DNA of 62,941 nucleotides, filler included, from Basidioascus undulatus (taxonomy: Eukaryota): assembly GCA_000826855.1 (NCBI GenBank). It is 4 parts of 4 records of this genome, joined end to end, with 100 filler letters (N's around TTAATTAATTAA, not from the genome) between each part and the next. Parts side by side here need not be neighbours in the genome. Positions count along the whole stretch, not along the records: positions 47,314 to 62,941 come from JTLS01000632.1; 3 more parts are not named here. One strand, written 5' to 3'. The notes below the pieces were generated by a model, which did no database searches, was not told the DNA's origin, and saw only the letters and a list, made by a program, of their open reading frames with translations. Of this stretch, positions 59,528 through 62,941 are shown piece by piece. Positions within the stretch are counted from its first letter, which is position 1. Every line of letters starts with the position of its first letter. The position numbers and the translations under genes were made by a program.

Positions 59528-62158
59528 TTACTCAATAATGTGCGCTGTCAAGCCAAACCAAAACAATCAGTACTCCTGCGCGGGCCTTCCCCAACCGGAT
59601 CGCGAACGTACCCCTCTGCGGAATCGCGAGCTCCTCCCGATCGGGCACGGTGACCTCGTGCAGGCGCCCCGCAAACACATACCGCACGCGGAGCTCCTTC
59701 TTCTCGCCCATGCAGGGGTCGAAGAATCCTAGCAGGCCGGCCTGTGCGTCCTCACCCCGTTAGAGAAAGCACCGAGAAACAGGCGTGAAAGAGAAGGGCG
59801 AGGTGATGTACCTTGGAGCGCCCGCCCGCGATGACGAGCTGGTGGTTCTGGACGAGGACCTGCAGGGGCACGCGCACGTCTATGTAATCCGCTTGCGGGA
59901 GCTCCTCAGACGAAGACGGCGGCGGGAAGAGCCCGCGCGCGGAGAAGGTCGAGAGCGCGCCGTACGAGGCGGAAACGATGACGAGGCCTGTGTCAGTGAG
60001 CCAATGCCGGTGAGCAAGGCTGCTGGTCGATTATAATGATCGAGAAAACAAATGCGCACCGTTTTCCTGCTCTTCCTGCGCACACTTCCGCGACGCAGGC
60101 TCCTCCATCAGCCGCACGGCGTCCTCCGCCTGCATCCGCTTCTCGCGGATCTTCTCGGCGTTCTCTTCCCGTACTTGTTGAAGGCGTCTGCGGTTCAACA
60201 CATTGGGGTAAAATTCTGCAGGAAAGTTGATAGAGGCCAAGAGAAGGACAGCGACGCACTCTTGCCGCTGCTGCCGCCGGCGCGGGACGAGCACGAGGTG
60301 GTGCAGCGTGACCATGGTCATGGAGGGGATGAGCGCGGTGGCGACTACGAGAGAGGAGTCGAACTGGCGCGAGAGAAGGATGGGGATGACGATTTTCTGG
60401 CCGAGGCGGCTCCATCTGCGCTCTCCATCCCTCGTCAAGCTCCGTTCGAACCCGCGCTCATGAACAGCGACTCACCGCAGCCTCAGCGTCACGCCGCCGG
60501 GGTACCCGCAGTTGAGCCCCAAGCCCAGCACCGTCTCCCTCGCGACCTTCCTCTCCCCCCAAGCGAAGGCGTTCACTCCTCCGGGGAGGCCGATCGCCGC
60601 CCCGACGCGGATGCGGACCGTGCCGTCGAGGACGCGGCGCCCCCACTCGACTTGCAGCGCGTTGTCCCGCGGGCCGAGCGTCAGCTGCGTTATCCAGCCT
60701 GGGAGGGCCGTGCCAGTCAGGCCGATCGTGAGCGCCGAGGGCGCGCTGGGCGACGGGAGACGCAAGGAGAGGAAGGAGGTGGTGCTCGTGTAGAGGCGGC
60801 GGGCGACGGTGAGGGTGGTGGAGGGGATGGAGAGCGGGGAGGGGTGCATGGAGGCGACGGTGATATGCCTGGATGGGAGGAGAACATCAGTTGAGCCGCA
60901 GGGTCAAGAAAACAAGAGGGGAAGAGAAGGGCGCACGTGTCATCGTCGACTTGATAGCCTGCTTTGAGGTTCGTTACACGCGGTCGCAAGATGGATTGGC
61001 TTAGCTGTTGCAATCGAAAGAATATCAGCTAAAGAAACTTCGGAACCCAGAGGAAATGAAAGACGCACTTCGAAAGATAGGCGCGGCGACCACTGATGCC
61101 TCAACGTGCCGACCATGTTTCCACCACCCGCACCTCCTCTAGCGAGCATCTGCCCAGCGCACAACAGCCTGGTAGTGCCAGTCAACGGCGCCTACCTCCC
61201 TTCTACGTCAGCCGCCCACCGCCTTCCCGCAGCAGCACAGGAAGCGGTCCTGCGACGCACCTCGAAGCTATGCCGCATCAGCAGCTGCTGGACCTTGACG
61301 CCCTCGATCCGGTCCTCGAGCGTCAGGTCGCGCGGCTGCAGGCCCATGCGCACGCGGCGGGCATTGGCGGACTCAGAGGAAGCGAGGAGAGACGTCGCGT
61401 CCAGGGCGCAGGTGATGTCGCCCTTTGAGCGGATCATGGACTCAAGCGATGCGAGATGTCGTTGTCGGGCGAGGCGCTCGTATTCCGCTCGGAGCTGGTG
61501 GAGATGAGAACCACTTCGTGAGGCATTGTTAAGATTGAGGGAAAAGGAGATTGGAGGGAACACACCTCTTCAGGCGACTTCAGCTTCGGTCCGACTTCCC
61601 AGTTCGCCTTCAACCCTTCCTCCCCCAGCGCATCATACACAGCACGCTTGTGCTCGTCCGTCAAGACTGCGCACTTTTCAACGCTCAGCTCTTACTCCAG
61701 TGCCAACACAGAAAGTTGCTCGCACCTTCGTACGCTTTCTGAATGGCGTGGAAACGGCTCTCGGCTGCGAGCTTCCGCTCTGGATTGCGCTGCTTATCAG
61801 GATGAAAGATAACTGTCGGGCCAAAGCATCTCAGCATGTTAGGGAATTCAGCAAATGTCGGGAGGAAGACGCACCAGCCAAGGAACGATACCGATCCTTG
61901 ATGGTCTCGGTCGAGGCGTTTCGAGGGACGTTCAGGATAGCGCTGTCCTCTCCCGTGTTAGATCTTCCAAATTTCCCTTGAAGAACTGGACGATACTCAC
62001 TAGAGGTCCTGCCCATCGTCCGCCTCGCCGTTCGCCTGCTTCAGCAGCTCATCAAACTCGTCCTCGTCCTCATCCTCGAACAGGTCCGCGTTATCGACCC
62101 TGCCCGAGGCGGATGGTTCCGGGCCGTCCTGCCACTCCGGCGCGTACGGATCGTCCAT
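59528..62158 (-). CDS. DNAJC11-like J-domain co-chaperone
   Basis: J domain DLY/AILNVPRNAS...RYRSLA/VIFHPDK...QKAYE/VLTD...RAVYD. C-terminal VPLQVLV...GGRSK/AGLLGFFDPCMGEKKELRVRYVF...HEV matches the DNAJC11 C-terminal domain. TAA at 59528-59530. Confidence 0.9.
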
Positions 62159-62354
62159 TTACTGTAAAACAGGAGCGATCGCGTATTAAGTGCGTTGATG
62201 AATGTTGATGGGCAACCTGCGAGAACGATCCTCGTCGGTCGGCCTTCTCGTTTCCCGGCTGACGTAAGCCTAAGGACGCGCGACGGCGATGGCAACTTGC
62301 CGCTGCCCACATTTCGCGTCTTTCCCTCCGACCGCCATCACGACGACTCGCACC
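62159..62354. promoter_or_regulatory. Very short probable bidirectional promoter (DNAJC11-like / SWC5-like)
   Basis: Divergent ATGs only 196 bp apart. Confidence 0.55.
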
Positions 62355-62941
62355 ATGGCCCCGCTCATTCCACTCGACCCCGCACTGGGTGAAGGCGACG
62401 ACGACGACGAGTCCGACGACGAAGACTACTTCCCGCCACCCGAGGCGCCCGCGTCCGACTCGGAGCCTGAGCCGGAGCCCGAAGAGGACGAGCCGGATCC
62501 CAAGCGCGTGAAGCTCGACGCAGACGAGGCCAAGGCCAAGGCGAATGTGGCGTGGGAGGCGTTCAAAAGGGGTGTCTCGGACGGGGATGGGAAGGGGAAG
62601 GGGAAGGAGAAGGAGGGCGCGAAGGAGGAGGTCCGGATGGTCAGGATACGGCGCGAGTTCATGTTCGCTGGGAAGGTCGTCGTGTGCGTCCACTCATTCT
62701 CCCATTGTACAAGCGTCGAGATCATACCAAGCTAAGCCTGAGGATTGCTCGACGTAGCGAGGATCGCGAAGTCCCTTCCAACTCGCCCGAAGCCATGGAG
62801 TTCCTCTCCAAGAACGCGCCTCTCCCGCCGCTGCCCACTCCCGCCCCAACACCCGCGCCCGCACCAACAACTTCCAGCTCATCCCTCACCATCTCGTGCA
62901 CCTCCGCCCCTGCCGCATCCTCTTCCCTCGCACCCTCACCC
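62355..62941 (+). CDS. SWC5: Swc5/BCNT (CFDP1)-like SWR1 complex subunit, 5' part
   Basis: Acidic N-terminus (DDESDDEDYFPP), KANVAWEAFK and VRIRREFMFAGKVVV/EDREVPSNSPEA are typical of Swc5/CFDP1. The BCNT-C domain would lie beyond the window. Confidence 0.7.

Noticed and set aside
1..62941. tRNA, rRNA or snRNA genes
   Set aside because: No cloverleaf, A/B-box or rRNA signature recognised by eye; tRNAscan-SE/Infernal would be needed to exclude them.

Overview
Intron-rich, GC-rich fungal genomic DNA. The gtgcgt/gtgagt donors, gctgac branch sites, microexons and gene content point to a basidiomycete (inferred). The window is not one locus: three identical 100-nt spacers (44N-TTAATTAATTAA-44N) join four probably unlinked contigs of about 15.6-15.7 kb (1-15707, 15808-31487, 31588-47213, 47314-62941). 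Contig 1 has a metallophosphoesterase/RRM gene, an MFS sugar porter, a decayed stretch of F-box-like and UDP-glycosyltransferase relics, and partial ALG6. Contig 2 has lanosterol synthase ERG7, a fungal CSL (RBP-J/Su(H)/LAG-1) transcription factor, a GMC oxidoreductase and a dienelactone hydrolase with a signal peptide. Contig 3 has a partial sacsin-like GHKL ATPase, SUB1/PC4, CSE1, and the most unusual feature: a gene of about 32 exons (39161-46035), largely invisible in the ORF track. It is built from four tandem copies of a five-exon/five-intron module plus single-exon duplicates, carries repeated WxGxWPYY and YPxxxIYP motifs, and has frame-symmetric exons. Contig 4 has a paladin-like triple PTP-domain phosphatase, a DNAJC11-like J protein and partial SWC5. 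All gene models were spliced by eye, so boundaries are approximate unless stated. No database search was run.
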